Below are positions 31,286 through 42,300 of a DNA stretch of 64,000 nt, one piece after another. Under the pieces are notes generated by a model that did no database searches, had not been told where the DNA came from, and was given only the letters and a program-made list of their open reading frames with translations. The stretch comes from a virus: positions 13,220-77,219 of the IMG/VR virus record IMGVR_UViG_3300046642_000296; one strand, 5' to 3'. The number at the start of each line of letters is the position of its first letter. The stretch's first letter is position 1. The position numbers and the translations under genes are program-made.

Positions 31286-33580
31286 TTAGGTAAGTGGAAC
31301 CGGATTGGCCATTTGCTGGCCGAATCCTTGCGGTACCGGGGGAACCGGTCCCCCAAAGTTAACTTGAGGGATTGTATTGTCCGGTATACCTGGCTGTCCA
31401 GTCCCGGACATGTTTTTCGACACCTGATTGAAGCCCACTGCAGCCGGCACATCCGGTTTGGACTCCGCACCGTTGGCGAGCTTGCGCTTGGCAAGCAGCG
31501 CCTTGGTGACTTCCAGGTTCTGGTTCCCTTCACTCTGGGCCTGCTGCTTCTCCATATCCCGTGCGTGCTTGGTTCCTGTCTCCTGCTCGACATAGTTGAG
31601 GTTGTTCAGGTCACCCTGCGTGCCAGTCGTACGCGCTTGTGCCTGATACAACTGGGCCTGAGCTTCATTACGATCGATCTCTGACTGTTCCTTCTTCAGC
31701 TGAAGCTGCTGCATCTGCTGGGCGAATGGATCAGGCTGCGGCTGGAAGGTGGCAATCTTGTGAGCCAGGTCAGGCATGCGCTTCAGGCGCGCAATCTCAC
31801 TGAGAATGAGTGCGGTGAAGCTCCAGTCAGCTTTGGGTCCAAGGGTCTGCAACATGAATGCCAGATCCTGGGACTGCTGGTTATCGACTTCGGCTGTGCT
31901 GATGTCCACTTCCAGATCAAAGTTGCCGACCAGATCGTCACGCTGAACCTCAACGAACTGTTCATTGGTGACACGCACCACTTCCTTGTCAGACAGGAAG
32001 ACACCGTTCATTGAGATCACTTTCGTGCCGATCTCGGCCATCCCCTTGGCAAGACGCCGCAGGATCGCCATCTCACGCTTGGACGCTGCATCGAGCGCAC
32101 CACGGATGCCGGCCGCCACATCCCCGTAAGCCTGGCCGGAGACACCACCGGAAAAGCTCTTCACGCCGGTGAGTGATTCCGCGTCCTGGTTCATGAGCTG
32201 AACCATGGCGAGTGCCGACTGCGGCAGCTCAGGATATTTGTGCTCGATAAGCCCCTGCTGGATGGGCACATTCGGGTTGAACTCGTAGTCCTGCCCGTTC
32301 TCGTACCGGCGACGGTTCAGCGGGTCGAGCATGCCCTTGGCAAAGCCTTGCTGGCTATTGGCCGAGCGGCCCATCAGATCGATCATGCCGCGGGTAACCG
32401 CACCGAGGATCTTCTGGTTGTCTTCCAGCATCTCGGCATCCGGCTCACCGTAGGCGGCCCGCTTGATCGGCAGGTACGGCACGATGACGAACGGGATCTT
32501 CTGGTCGGGGAACGGGTTCTTCTCCATCCGGATCATCGTGTTGCCGATCCAGGTGGCCACGATCGGGACCAGCTCACCGTTGCCGTCGATATCGTAGTAG
32601 CCCCAGTATTCATAGGCCACGACCTTCTTGCGCGCAATATCCCGGAACTGGAAGTCCTGCGGTGTGCGGGTGGCGTGGTCGGGATCCTGCACGGTCGATG
32701 CACCTTCCCAGTCCACCTGGGCGATCTGTGCTGCCGGATACCGCTGGGGCTCTTTCTCCAGCTCCGCCTTGTTGGTCTCGAACGAGACCACCGCGAAGAG
32801 TGCTTTCGAGGGATCACCGTTGCAGCTCGGATCCAGGAAGAAATTGCGGATGTCGATGACTTCGGCGGTCGGGTAGTTTTCCAGCAGCTGCTCGGTCATG
32901 ACCGTCTGCGTGCCATTCTGCACGGCATAGGTCGGCTCACCCGTTTCCTGGTAGTGGGAGACAGCCGATTGCAGCTCAGGCGGCACCTGGGCGGCGTAGC
33001 TCTTCGGATCCTGCTGGTAGAGGGAAAGCGCCTGCTGCAGCTGCTGGGCCTGTGCCTCTGTCTCGATCTGGTAGTGCTGGAACACCGGCACCTGCTGCTT
33101 GACCTTGGTGCTCACCCGCTTCCAGCCAAGACGTACGACCGAGGTGCCTTCATCGACCGTGCAGCGCACGAAGTCGTCGATGAACTTCACCCGGTTCAGC
33201 TTGGTGCGGAACTGCCAGTTGAGCACGAGCTCGTTCTGGTTGGCCGCGGCCTTGTCTTCCCATGAGACGGGAGAGACCTTGAATAATTTGTTGGAGCCAA
33301 GGAAAGGCTCGGTGAGCGCAGCGTAGCGCCACTCGGCCTGACGCCGGATCAGCTTGGGCTGGACACTTGAGCGGCCCTTCACCTTCGGTGGAGCGGCTTT
33401 GCCCTTCACATCCATCAGTTCGACCCAGTGATTGATCCGGGCGATCTGCGCATCATGGGACGGCTTGGCCGCTTCCAGGTCACCCTTGAGCACCTGGAGA
33501 GACGGCTCGTTCTGCCACTTCGTCAGTTTCTGCTCGACAGCCGTCGACGGCAGCACCTGATCAGTGCTTGTGATCTTCAT
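31286..33580 (-). CDS. Portal protein (N4 gp59-like)
   Basis: [17 protein letters not shown]; start re-called at MKITS. Confidence 0.93.
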   Translation of the reverse strand: MKITSTDQVLPSTAVEQKLTKWQNEPSLQVLKGDLEAAKPSHDAQIARINHWVELMDVKGKAAPPKVKGRSSVQPKLIRRQAEWRYAALTEPFLGSNKLFKVSPVSWEDKAAANQNELVLNWQFRTKLNRVKFIDDFVRCTVDEGTSVVRLGWKRVSTKVKQQVPVFQHYQIETEAQAQQLQQALSLYQQDPKSYAAQVPPELQSAVSHYQETGEPTYAVQNGTQTVMTEQLLENYPTAEVIDIRNFFLDPSCNGDPSKALFAVVSFETNKAELEKEPQRYPAAQIAQVDWEGASTVQDPDHATRTPQDFQFRDIARKKVVAYEYWGYYDIDGNGELVPIVATWIGNTMIRMEKNPFPDQKIPFVIVPYLPIKRAAYGEPDAEMLEDNQKILGAVTRGMIDLMGRSANSQQGFAKGMLDPLNRRRYENGQDYEFNPNVPIQQGLIEHKYPELPQSALAMVQLMNQDAESLTGVKSFSGGVSGQAYGDVAAGIRGALDAASKREMAILRRLAKGMAEIGTKVISMNGVFLSDKEVVRVTNEQFVEVQRDDLVGNFDLEVDISTAEVDNQQSQDLAFMLQTLGPKADWSFTALILSEIARLKRMPDLAHKIATFQPQPDPFAQQMQQLQLKKEQSEIDRNEAQAQLYQAQARTTGTQGDLNNLNYVEQETGTKHARDMEKQQAQSEGNQNLEVTKALLAKRKLANGAESKPDVPAAVGFNQVSKNMSGTGQPGIPDNTIPQVNFGGPVPPVPQGFGQQMANPVPLT

Positions 33581-33603
33581 TGGCGGTAATCCAGTGTGCC
33601 GCA

Positions 33604-33651
33604 AAAGACCAAGGAAGGGAGTTCGGCGGGAACTGCCTTCCTTGGTTCTTC
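33604..33651 (-). terminator. Intrinsic terminator between lysis cassette and portal
   Basis: ACCAAGGAAGGGAGTTC-GGCG-GGAACTGCCTTCCTTGGT with U-tail on - strand. Confidence 0.7.
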
Positions 33652-33664
33652 GCTAGGGTGACGC

Positions 33665-33991
33665 TCAGGCTGCTGCGGTCGTGCTCGAGCTCGAGAAGAT
33701 ATTGCTCACTGCGTTGTAGGCAGCCTTGGCCGCCGAGATGAACGTGGCGAGCGAGGCTTCCACGCCGTCGGACCAGGCCACACCAATGACACCGGCCACG
33801 GCTTTCACAGCAGCGAGCACCGAAGCGAGCTTCGTTGCGCCGGCGTTCGACTGGGCGGAGTATGCGGTCTCGGCCGTGTCCATCATCTGCACGGCGAAGT
33901 CCTTGAGCTTGGTGAAGGCCAGGACAGCATCTTCTGTCACGGTGATAGCCGCAGCGACGGCCGAAGCCACGGAGGTAAGAGTCAGAGACAT
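33665..33991 (-). CDS. Ala-rich hypothetical protein at end of lysis cassette
   Basis: ATG at 33991 after GAAAGGAAAA; 108 aa. Confidence 0.7.
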   Translation of the reverse strand: MSLTLTSVASAVAAAITVTEDAVLAFTKLKDFAVQMMDTAETAYSAQSNAGATKLASVLAAVKAVAGVIGVAWSDGVEASLATFISAAKAAYNAVSNIFSSSSTTAAA

Positions 33992-34016
33992 CTGGATTTT
34001 CCTTTCGGTTGGTTCT

Positions 34017-34364
34017 TCAGTTGATGAGCCCTTGGGCTCGGAGGTTGGCAAGGCAGGTGGCGACAGCTCGGCGCTTTGTCTGCTCACGGGCAAGAACGGC
34101 GTCGGAATCGACTGCCCAGTCCTGCCACCGCTCGGCGTAGAGGGTGAGCTCACCGAGATCCAGCTCGTTAGCAGGAGCTGGCGGATACACCGGGTTATGT
34201 TCATACGGAGCGTTCTCCCCGCAGTTAACGTCCGGCACGAGAAGTCGCGTCTGCGCCACTTCCTTCGCCATCGTTGCGGGTTGCTTCGAGAACAGCTGCC
34301 CGAGCGCGCAGCCCGTGAGCAGCTGCGAGCTGATCATGACGGTCAGCAGCAGTTTCAGTCGCAT
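34017..34364 (-). CDS. o-spanin (Rz1-like lipoprotein)
   Basis: MRLKLLLTVMISSQLLTGC lipobox; Pro-rich; overlaps upstream gene in another frame. Confidence 0.8.
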   Translation of the reverse strand: MRLKLLLTVMISSQLLTGCALGQLFSKQPATMAKEVAQTRLLVPDVNCGENAPYEHNPVYPPAPANELDLGELTLYAERWQDWAVDSDAVLAREQTKRRAVATCLANLRAQGLIN

Positions 34365-34569
34365 CCTGATTTCCCTTGTCGATACTGGCCTGAGCCTGAC
34401 GGGCCGTGTCGGTTTCAACCTTGCCCGTCCTGTTCAGCGTGGTCACGGCCTGAGTGTTGGCATCCTCGACGCCCGCAGTCGTGCTCGATGACGACTTGCC
34501 GAACATCGACTTGAAGAACGTCACCGCACCATTGAGTGCGGCGAAGACAGTCACGAGAGTGGCCCACAT
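34225..34569 (-). CDS. i-spanin (Rz-like)
   Basis: N-terminal hydrophobic MWATLVTVFAALNGAVTFF; follows endolysin. Confidence 0.65.
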   Translation of the reverse strand: MWATLVTVFAALNGAVTFFKSMFGKSSSSTTAGVEDANTQAVTTLNRTGKVETDTARQAQASIDKGNQDATETAADRHDQLAAAHGLRARAAVLEATRNDGEGSGADATSRAGR

Positions 34570-35000
34570 TACGGCACGTCCTTGTAAAAGATGTGGCTGC
34601 CAATCTGCACCGTACGGGTGGCTTCCTTCGTCCACGCCGGAGCTGCAATGCTCTTCGCGTAGTAGTGGGTTGCACCCAGCGTCAGGTCAGGCTGGAAGGA
34701 GGCGAGTACCAGGAGAGCCGCATCCTCACACTCCTGGTACTCGGACTTGGGAATCTCACGGGAACCAGAGAGGAAGGGGTAGTTCGGGTCGTTGGCGTTC
34801 CAGCAACTGAACTGGAACTTCGCCCGGCAGACGCTTGCGTAATCACTCCCCCACCATGTCTTTGGGGAAAGAACTCGGTTTTTGATTACCCAAGCGACCG
34901 CAATCTTCCCTTCCTTCGCCTCTCCTCGGGCTTCGCCCCAGAGAGTTCTGGTCACCGCATCCAAATCCCCATCAGTATATGTTGGGGGAGTAACAGACAT
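34569..35000 (-). CDS. Endolysin, SleB/Hydrolase_2 family cell wall hydrolase
   Basis: TLWGEARGE, VAWVIKNR, QFSCWN, ATHYY, IGSHIFY. Confidence 0.9.
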   Translation of the reverse strand: MSVTPPTYTDGDLDAVTRTLWGEARGEAKEGKIAVAWVIKNRVLSPKTWWGSDYASVCRAKFQFSCWNANDPNYPFLSGSREIPKSEYQECEDAALLVLASFQPDLTLGATHYYAKSIAAPAWTKEATRTVQIGSHIFYKDVP

Positions 35001-35014
35001 CAAGCAATATCCTC

Positions 35015-35290
35015 CTATGGTTGTGGTGTTGCCTGGGAATCCTGAGCTTCACTGTTGTTTCCACTCACGCTGGCCTGCTTGACCACCCGGCCAACAATGC
35101 CAGACAGGGCGACAGCAGGTGCCAAGGCCCAGAGCATCCATCTGCAGCTGTGCTGCCAGTCGGGTGACATCGAAGCCCAGGCCACCGGGATCGCTCCCGC
35201 AATACTCAGCGCATGCGTGGAGTACATCTTCCAGACTCGTTTCCATTCGGGGATCAGCCTGTTGGTCAATGTCAGCTTCTCGAGAGCCAT
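35015..35290 (-). CDS. Putative holin
   Basis: LIPEWKRVWKMYS plus two TM segments, directly upstream of endolysin. Confidence 0.75.
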   Translation of the reverse strand: MALEKLTLTNRLIPEWKRVWKMYSTHALSIAGAIPVAWASMSPDWQHSCRWMLWALAPAVALSGIVGRVVKQASVSGNNSEAQDSQATPQP

Positions 35291-35607
35291 CGGAAAATCT
35301 CCATGCGAAATGAAGCAAGCAGTCCAACCAGTCCGGCCAGGATGATCCAGGTCCAGCGGCCAGCCAGCCCCGCCCCGACCACCTTGTGTTTGATCGTGAT
35401 GAACTCCTCGATCGTGGGCGCCTGGGATGCCAGGGACTCCTCAACCTTCTGCAGCCGGCTGGACACCTGGGTCAGTGTCTGTGACTGCTCTTCCATCTTT
35501 TCATACTGGCCTTTGCGTGCCGTCTTGGCTTCGGACAGTTCCTGCTGGATAAAGCCCATCTGCGTCACGAGGACAGCCAGCTGCACTTCAATCGACTCGT
35601 TCGGCAT
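35272..35607 (-). CDS. Coiled-coil protein with C-terminal TM (lysis cassette)
   Basis: Heptad-rich N-terminus, one C-terminal TM. Confidence 0.7.
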   Translation of the reverse strand: MPNESIEVQLAVLVTQMGFIQQELSEAKTARKGQYEKMEEQSQTLTQVSSRLQKVEESLASQAPTIEEFITIKHKVVGAGLAGRWTWIILAGLVGLLASFRMEIFRWLSRS

Positions 35608-35625
35608 GTGTACGGTCCCGTAAAC

Positions 35626-35680
35626 GAAAAAAGGGGGAAGCACAGGAGAATGGATTCACTCTCGCTTGTGCTTCCCCCTT
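35626..35680 (-). terminator. Intrinsic terminator after tail module
   Basis: AAAAAAGGGGGAAGCACA...TGTGCTTCCCCCTT. Confidence 0.75.
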
Positions 35681-35732
35681 GGTGACACCGCTCCGGGCGT
35701 CACTGGGTTAAGACCTGACGAATGATACTTGA

Positions 35733-35912
35733 TTAACCGCCTGAATTGGTTGCAGTCACATCAGGATTCACCGCAACTTCAACTTCTGGATCGACCACCA
35801 GACGGCTTGAGTGGTTGAGCATATGCGGGTTGACGGCGAGGAACTGCGCCAGCGTCGGCGTCGTCCACTCCACCACCTCCACACTGGTGGCCTGGGTCGT
35901 CGTGTCAGTCAT
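35733..35912 (-). CDS. 59-aa hypothetical protein (not in ORF track)
   Basis: MTDTTTQATSVEVVEWTTPTLAQFLAVNPH...; ATGA-coupled to upstream gene. Confidence 0.6.
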   Translation of the reverse strand: MTDTTTQATSVEVVEWTTPTLAQFLAVNPHMLNHSSRLVVDPEVEVAVNPDVTATNSGG

Positions 35913-36112
35913 GTGTCTTTCTCCGGATTCAGGGCATACCGGGCTTTGACCGCCTTACAGTGTGCGATCCATGCCACTGTCTCGGCAGGCAGTACAAGGC
36001 CACTCTGCTGGAGTGCATCGAGCCCTTTCATCATCGCATCAAGCTGGTCGCCGATGTCCATGTAGGCCGCCTTCCGCAGCGGCCGGGGATCAGTCTTGTG
36101 GTGGATCTTCAT
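35909..36112 (-). CDS. Small tail-associated protein
   Basis: RKAAYMDIGDQLDA...VKARY; coupled within tail operon. Confidence 0.65.
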   Translation of the reverse strand: MKIHHKTDPRPLRKAAYMDIGDQLDAMMKGLDALQQSGLVLPAETVAWIAHCKAVKARYALNPEKDT

Positions 36113-36534
36113 GTTTGGGTCACCGTGAAAGAAGCATCGAGCCAGGGAAAACAGGAAACCACCACGGTATACGTGCCCGCGTGCGAGAACGAGAGTTCGA
36201 CCTCACCGTCGGTGACTGTGACCGGCTCATCGCCGCCGACCGTAACAGCAGAGGGGCTCGGCACATCGGAAATTGTCATCCCACGCAGAACGGCCGGGTT
36301 TTGCGGACGAGGCTTCAGAGTCCATGGAGTGGTGCTGCTATCGGCGTAGTCTGCATAGAAATCCGCGCTACCCGGTAGAAGACGCCCGCCTTCAGGCACA
36401 TGCGCATCCTGGTCAGCGAGCATCCATGCAGGCATGCTGCCGATCTGCTGCACCCTACCCGTCGAGTCCACGATCGTGTAGTCGGTCTGCGTCTCGTCCC
36501 GCTGAACTTCTGTGTCGATTGTCGTATCACTCAT
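36109..36534 (-). CDS. Tail-associated hypothetical protein
   Basis: Coupled ORF downstream of DUF1983-like gene. Confidence 0.65.
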   Translation of the reverse strand: MSDTTIDTEVQRDETQTDYTIVDSTGRVQQIGSMPAWMLADQDAHVPEGGRLLPGSADFYADYADSSTTPWTLKPRPQNPAVLRGMTISDVPSPSAVTVGGDEPVTVTDGEVELSFSHAGTYTVVVSCFPWLDASFTVTQT

Positions 36535-38024
36535 CGTTTAGCCTCAAATACTGTCAGGGTGGTCACACCAAGCCCAAACCCGGAAGTAGCCAATGTCATG
36601 GTCCCATTAAACGAAGTCACTGCAGTGAGCGTGATGGTTGAGATAGTCGTCCCGCCGCCTGTACTGATCGTGCCGCTGGCGAGAATTCCACCGTTCAAGG
36701 TAATGCTCGCGTTGCTGGCCGAACTCATAGGCCCGCTGGCGAGAACAAGGATCATGCCGCCGCTGCCGGTGTACGACGTCGAGACGTTGTTGCCTGACGA
36801 CACCGAAACCATCGTCGATACCGCATTGGAACCAATGAGGGCAGTGCTGATCTGGGCCGTGCCGATCTTGGCAGTCGTGATCTGGGCATCCCCGATCTTG
36901 GCATTGGTAATCGATGCGTCAGCGATCTTGGCATTGGTGATAGCCGCATCGGCGATCTTGGCGTTCGTGATCGTCGCATCACCAATGACCGCCGTGCTGA
37001 TACTGACGGTCGGCACACCGTTGACCGTCTGCACGATGAACGGGACGACCCCCGCATACCCAGGCAGCGTGATCGAGAACGTATCGGCGCGGACCTTGAA
37101 CGAACTGCCACCTGCTCCAGAGATAAGACTGAAGCCGGAGATTGAGCCGTTGTTATCGATCGTGACCGAATACTTGGCGTAGATCCCGTTGATCGAGGTC
37201 TGCTGTGTCTGGATCGTCGCGGTCTGGCCGTTGAGCGTCGTACTCAGTGCCACCATGGCCGCAGCATTACTCTGGTTGGCTGTGGCCAGTGCCGTCTGGA
37301 CCGTGGTAATCAGCGCAGAGGTTGACGCTGTGCTTGCCTCAACCTGATCAATCCTTGAAGCCAGTGCCGAGTCAGCATCGGCATAGCCCTGCTCAACCGA
37401 TGTGATGTCAGCTGTATTCCGTCCGACATTGGCCACAACCACGTCAATACGCTTGCCCAGTGCACTGTCTGCGTCAGCGTAGGCAATCTTGATGTCTTCA
37501 ATGCCCACCGTATTGGCTGCAGTGGTGACCACCACCTGGTTGACCTGCTCGGCCAGTGCTTCTGTTGCGGTCGAGCGGGTGAGCGATTCTTCCTGGATAG
37601 CTGCCACATTGGCATCAATCCGGGAACCGATCGTCGTGATCTCGATGGCCACCGACTCCTCGGCCGTCTGCCGGGCAACCGATTCCTCGGTGACGGAGGC
37701 CGTGATGATGCTGTCGGCAAGTTCGCGTGCATCCACCTCGGCCTGCAGTACCGCTCGTGCAGCTGTCTCGGATGCGGCCACTGCCTTGGCAATAGCAGCA
37801 TCGGAAACAGCTTTGGTCAGCAGATCGAGATCCGCCTGGCTCAGGACTGAACCGGGCAGATCATCAAAGAACGGATCCCCAGGCTCCGGCACCCCGCCCG
37901 GCTGGTAGAGCCGGAGAATCAGGTTATCGGTTTCCAGGTCCGCGAGAATGGGCTCATCCTCCAGCACCGCGGACAGGGTGCTGGACTGCAGGGTGAGCTG
38001 TGCATCGTCTAGAACGTCGCTCAT
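36531..38024 (-). CDS. Tail/host-specificity protein with coiled coil and DUF1983-like (GpJ C-terminal) domain
   Basis: [18 protein letters not shown]...[10 protein letters not shown]...PFIV followed by ITNAKIADA repeats. Confidence 0.75.
   Translation of the reverse strand: MSDVLDDAQLTLQSSTLSAVLEDEPILADLETDNLILRLYQPGGVPEPGDPFFDDLPGSVLSQADLDLLTKAVSDAAIAKAVAASETAARAVLQAEVDARELADSIITASVTEESVARQTAEESVAIEITTIGSRIDANVAAIQEESLTRSTATEALAEQVNQVVVTTAANTVGIEDIKIAYADADSALGKRIDVVVANVGRNTADITSVEQGYADADSALASRIDQVEASTASTSALITTVQTALATANQSNAAAMVALSTTLNGQTATIQTQQTSINGIYAKYSVTIDNNGSISGFSLISGAGGSSFKVRADTFSITLPGYAGVVPFIVQTVNGVPTVSISTAVIGDATITNAKIADAAITNAKIADASITNAKIGDAQITTAKIGTAQISTALIGSNAVSTMVSVSSGNNVSTSYTGSGGMILVLASGPMSSASNASITLNGGILASGTISTGGGTTISTITLTAVTSFNGTMTLATSGFGLGVTTLTVFEAKR
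36825..36990 (-). repeat. 30-bp coding tandem repeats ([10 protein letters not shown]-type, about 5 copies)
   Basis: Recurring GATCTTGGC at 30-bp period. Confidence 0.8.
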
Positions 38025-38347
38025 CAGGTCTCAGCCTCCGTCACTGTGTCGAGCACGTCGATCTCCACCGTGTTGGAGATCAGCACCTTGCCGGCCGGGT
38101 TGACCAGCCGCACATCGAGCAGGTGCGGCATGGCCAGCCATTTGGCCGTGTCAGCGGCCGAAGCGTAGATGTTCACGAGCGAGGTGGTCAGATCCGTGAT
38201 CGAGCAGGTCATGTGCTGGACAAAGGCGAAGTTCGTCCGGCTGCGCAGATCCGCCGATAGCGTGCAGCCATCGAGCGGGTACGCCACGCCCTTGTTCGTG
38301 AGCTGGCCACTGAAGTCAAACGTCTGACCGCGCTTGAATCTGATCAT
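38024..38347 (-). CDS. Tail adaptor-like structural protein
   Basis: [10 protein letters not shown]...[11 protein letters not shown]...[11 protein letters not shown]. Confidence 0.6.
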   Translation of the reverse strand: MIRFKRGQTFDFSGQLTNKGVAYPLDGCTLSADLRSRTNFAFVQHMTCSITDLTTSLVNIYASAADTAKWLAMPHLLDVRLVNPAGKVLISNTVEIDVLDTVTEAET

Positions 38348-38358
38348 GTCGGTCTCCG

Positions 38359-38811
38359 TCAGGCGGCCTGCTTCTGCATGGCCGCAATCACGCGCTTGAG
38401 CGCGTAGTAGAACGAGTTCGGGTCGAAGCGCCACGGCTGTTCAAAGCCGAGCGCTGCACCCACCGATTCGTTGCAGAAGAAGCTCTTCTCGCTCTGGCGC
38501 ACGAAACCGATCACGAAGTGGGCGTCACCCCATACGTCGTACTTGGCTCCGTCATGCGCTTCGAACCAGGCGAGAGCAGCTGCCTCGTCAAAACCGGTGG
38601 CGTCCAGGAAATCCCAGTCGGCTTCATTGAAATCGATGGAACCAGCGGGAGCGATACGCACCCCACCCTCGAGGAACGTGCTGGAACAGGCCCGGCCGTC
38701 ACTCAGGACCAGCTCGACGTGTGCATAGCTGCCAGCCATCCACTCGTGTACGCCGATGTCGAAGATGGCTGAGAGTCCTTTTTTGGTTCCCTTGAAAAAC
38801 GCTACTTTCAT
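38359..38811 (-). CDS. Permuted papain-like (NlpC/P60, YiiX-type) enzyme
   Basis: His before Cys: YAHVELV...GAKYD...FFCNE. Confidence 0.7.
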   Translation of the reverse strand: MKVAFFKGTKKGLSAIFDIGVHEWMAGSYAHVELVLSDGRACSSTFLEGGVRIAPAGSIDFNEADWDFLDATGFDEAAALAWFEAHDGAKYDVWGDAHFVIGFVRQSEKSFFCNESVGAALGFEQPWRFDPNSFYYALKRVIAAMQKQAA

Positions 38812-38822
38812 GGCTTTCCCCG

Positions 38823-39341
38823 TTACTGGATGGTGGCTGCGACAGCATTGGTCTGCGCAACGATGTCGTCATAGACGGCCTGCGCCGTTATTGCGTTTGC
38901 TGCCTTGATTACCTCGTACTTGCGCATGCGTAGTGCGCCCAGACTCTTCAGGGCACCGTTCAGCATGGATGCCTGCGCAAGGATGGTGTCTGCCGCCGCC
39001 TGATTGGTGACACCGGCAGAAGTGGCGTAGGCCGAGACCCAGGTACCCGGATCCCCAGCGTAACCTGCGTCCTTGAATGCCTGCGCGGCCTGCTCACGCA
39101 GCAGGTATTCCTGCTGGAAGCGAGTCCAGTTGGAATAGATCGAGGCCACGAGCCCGTCAATGGCATCGGCGAGTTCCTGCGCGCTTAATTGCGATGTGAC
39201 TACCGGGCAAGGTGTGGCTGTGTTGCCGGCCGCCACCCATGCGAGATATGTCGTGTAGTCGCTGTTCGCTGGATCGGACGGGATGAACGCACCATCTGAA
39301 TCTCGGATAACAATACCGTTCTGAGTTACGGTGTACGTCAT
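38823..39341 (-). CDS. Tail fibre assembly chaperone
   Basis: DGAFIPSDPANSDYTTYLAWVAAGN directly after fibre gene. Confidence 0.7.
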   Translation of the reverse strand: MTYTVTQNGIVIRDSDGAFIPSDPANSDYTTYLAWVAAGNTATPCPVVTSQLSAQELADAIDGLVASIYSNWTRFQQEYLLREQAAQAFKDAGYAGDPGTWVSAYATSAGVTNQAAADTILAQASMLNGALKSLGALRMRKYEVIKAANAITAQAVYDDIVAQTNAVAATIQ

Positions 39342-39344
39342 GGC

Positions 39345-42300
39345 TTATAGCTCCGCATTGAATGTCAATAGACCGCCATACCCAAATCCCATGCCTGTCG
39401 CAGTGACCACGACATTGAAGCGGGCTTTGTTAGGAGTTACGGTATTGAGGACGTACCCCGAGGCATTCGAGTAGGTAATAGACCCGATCGTTACAGCAGG
39501 CGTCACCCGCATCGGCACGGGATAGGTAACATCGGCCCACGCCTGATTGCCCGCGTTGGTGTACCCCGCAACCATCTGGTCGGTGATGATCTGGTAATAA
39601 CGCTGGCTCCGGGCAAACTCTTCTGCGTAGGAGCGACGCTCAAACGGTGTGGTAATGGCGCCAGACTCGAGCTGGATGTTCGTGGCGGCAATGTAGTTGC
39701 CTGCCGTCGCAGCCCAGTTCGTTGCACTTGCGTACGCCGCATAGGTGATACTCGCGGCGAGCTGCCATGTATTAAGCGTGGAAGTGCTATATGTGCCCGT
39801 CTGGAGCGCACCGATATAGACGATTGCCCCAATAGAAGTGCTGGCAGCAAAGGCCGCACCTGCGGGAGCGGCAGGCACGGCGAGCTGAACCGGCTGCACA
39901 GCACCGGCTGTTGCGTAATCGAACGTGGACGTATAGGTATAGGCTGACGTTCCGTTCAGGTACGCAACAGCAACGCTATACGTACCCGCAATGGCCGCCT
40001 TGAACAGGAACGAGAGAGCAACCGACCTACCTGGCAGGTCATAGCTGTCATTTGCCTCAACGCGCTGCTGGATACCACTGATCGATGTGGTACCGCCCAG
40101 ACTAGTCGCAGCAACCGTGATGGTCTGCTGCACCGTTGGAATCGTGATCCCGTTATAGACAAGCGAACCCTGAGACTGGGTGAGCGTCGCACCCGTTGCA
40201 CCGGTGTTATTGCAGAAGTACCGATCAGGGCCACCATACCCACCGTAGCCCGCAGCATAGGCGGTCGACGCACGTTGCGCGACACGGCAGTCACCATTGA
40301 TGATCCGGTTGCGCCCCGACAGGAACGAGCTCAGGTTGCCGGTATCGAACGGCGTATTGCCTGCAAAGGTCGGGCGCTGCGAGAGTGCAGCCACACCCGT
40401 CGCACGGTTGACTACGATCGGCTGGTCAATGAGTACACCTGCATCCGTGTAACGACCGAGAAGCCAGTTCGAGCCTGCATTGCTGCCGGATTCAGCAGAG
40501 TTGTCCACGCCTTCATACCAGCGTTGCGAGCCATTCGTCTGGTAGCCGATCCACCGCGTTTGCCCAGCGGCCGCTGCGTTGAGCGTGAGTGCTGGGTTAG
40601 CGTAGGCAAGCGACAATGCACCCGTCATTGCGCCGCCCGCCAGCGGAAGATAACTCGCCGGGTTGAGGTTGCCGCTATCCCACGGGGTATTCGGGCCGAA
40701 TACCGGGCGCTGCGTGAGCGTCGCCACACCTGCCGGGGAGAACGTCAGCGGCGAATCTGCATATGCGCCGGACGCGTACCGGTCAAGCGCGAGCCCACCG
40801 GAGGAACTGCCCGAGTGAAGATTCCATAGCGGCGTCCCGTTCGACTGGAAGAGGATGCGGGCCTGATTTGCAGCTGACGTATCGTTGAGCGTGAGCGTTG
40901 GGGTCGAGTAGCTGACCGACAGCGTACCGGTCATCGTTCCGCCTGCGAGCGGCAGGTAGTTACCCGGCGTGAAGTTGGCCGAGTCCCATGGCGTGGCTGT
41001 GCCGAACACAGGACGCTGGGTGAGCGAGACAACGCCCGCCGTACTGATACTGAGGGGAATCTCGGCGAGCGAACCTGCGGCATAGCGCACCACAGTGAAG
41101 TTCTGCGACGCGTCTTTATTGACCCGCCACATATTCACACCGGCATTCTTGAAGTACAGCGATGCCGACGCCGCACCACCGCTGTCATCAATGGAGACGG
41201 CAGCGTTGGCCACACTGACAGTCTGGTTCCCCGTGTACGAGTTCGCACCCGTCGAAGCAGCGCCCAGCGCTGTGCGTGCATCGGCCGCTGTCGTCGAGCC
41301 CGTGCCCCCACTGGCCACCGGAATCGGCAAGGCGATAGCCGCTGCACTCGCTGCTGCCTGGGCCGCGTAATACTTCGCAGAGTAGCTGGTCCCATCGACC
41401 GTGCCGCCCATCTGGGCTGCCCAGTTCTGGGCCGTCGCTGCATAGCTGCCCGCCTGCGTGCTCGATGCGCTGGCATTGGACTCAGCCGTCTCTGCTCCAG
41501 TGCGTGCCGTCTGGGCTGCCACAGCACTGCCCCCAGCATTGGCTTCCGAAGCCGCCGCCGCTACCTTCGAGTCGTTGGCCTCCGCGGCCGATGCAGCCGC
41601 ATTCGTTTCACTCGTGCTGGCGCCCGATGCCGAAGCACCGGCTGCCGCTGCCGAACCTGCAGCCGCCGATGCGCTTGCCGTCGCATTGGCCGCCATCGTC
41701 TCGGCCGTTGCATCCTGATCCTGCCAGCCGGTGGACGTATACACCCGCAGCTGGTTGCTGGCGGTGTTGAAGTATTCGGCACCGACAATGAGTGCATCAC
41801 CGTTGTTGTCGACGGCCGGATCTGCTGACTTCGAGCCCAGGTACAGTGCGTTCATCGACCGGACAATGGCTTGCGCCTGAGCCAGGGAGGAAGAAGCACC
41901 GGCTGCCGAAATGCCTGCAGCTGTCTCACTCGCCTTCGAGTTTGTCTCGCTGGTCTTGGCTGCATCCTGCGAAGCCAATGCCGCCGCAGCCGAGGCAGAA
42001 GCATTGGTTTCGCTGGTTGCCGCGTTCGATTCTGCGAGCTCGGCTGCTGCACGATCGGTCGAAGCCGAACCTGCGCTCGCAGCGGCGGCCGTCTCCGAAT
42101 GACCTGCGTTGGTCTCACTGGCGGCGGCTGCCTGGGCACTCGCCAATGCCGCAGCCTCACTGGCAGCAGCAGCAGATTCGCTTGCCCCAGCATTCGTTTC
42201 GGACAGGTGTGCGGCAGCCTCACTGGCCGCCGATGCCTGTGCCTGGGTCGTGGCCGTTGCGGCGCTTTCCGCAGCCGCGACTTCACTTTGTGCAGCTGCC

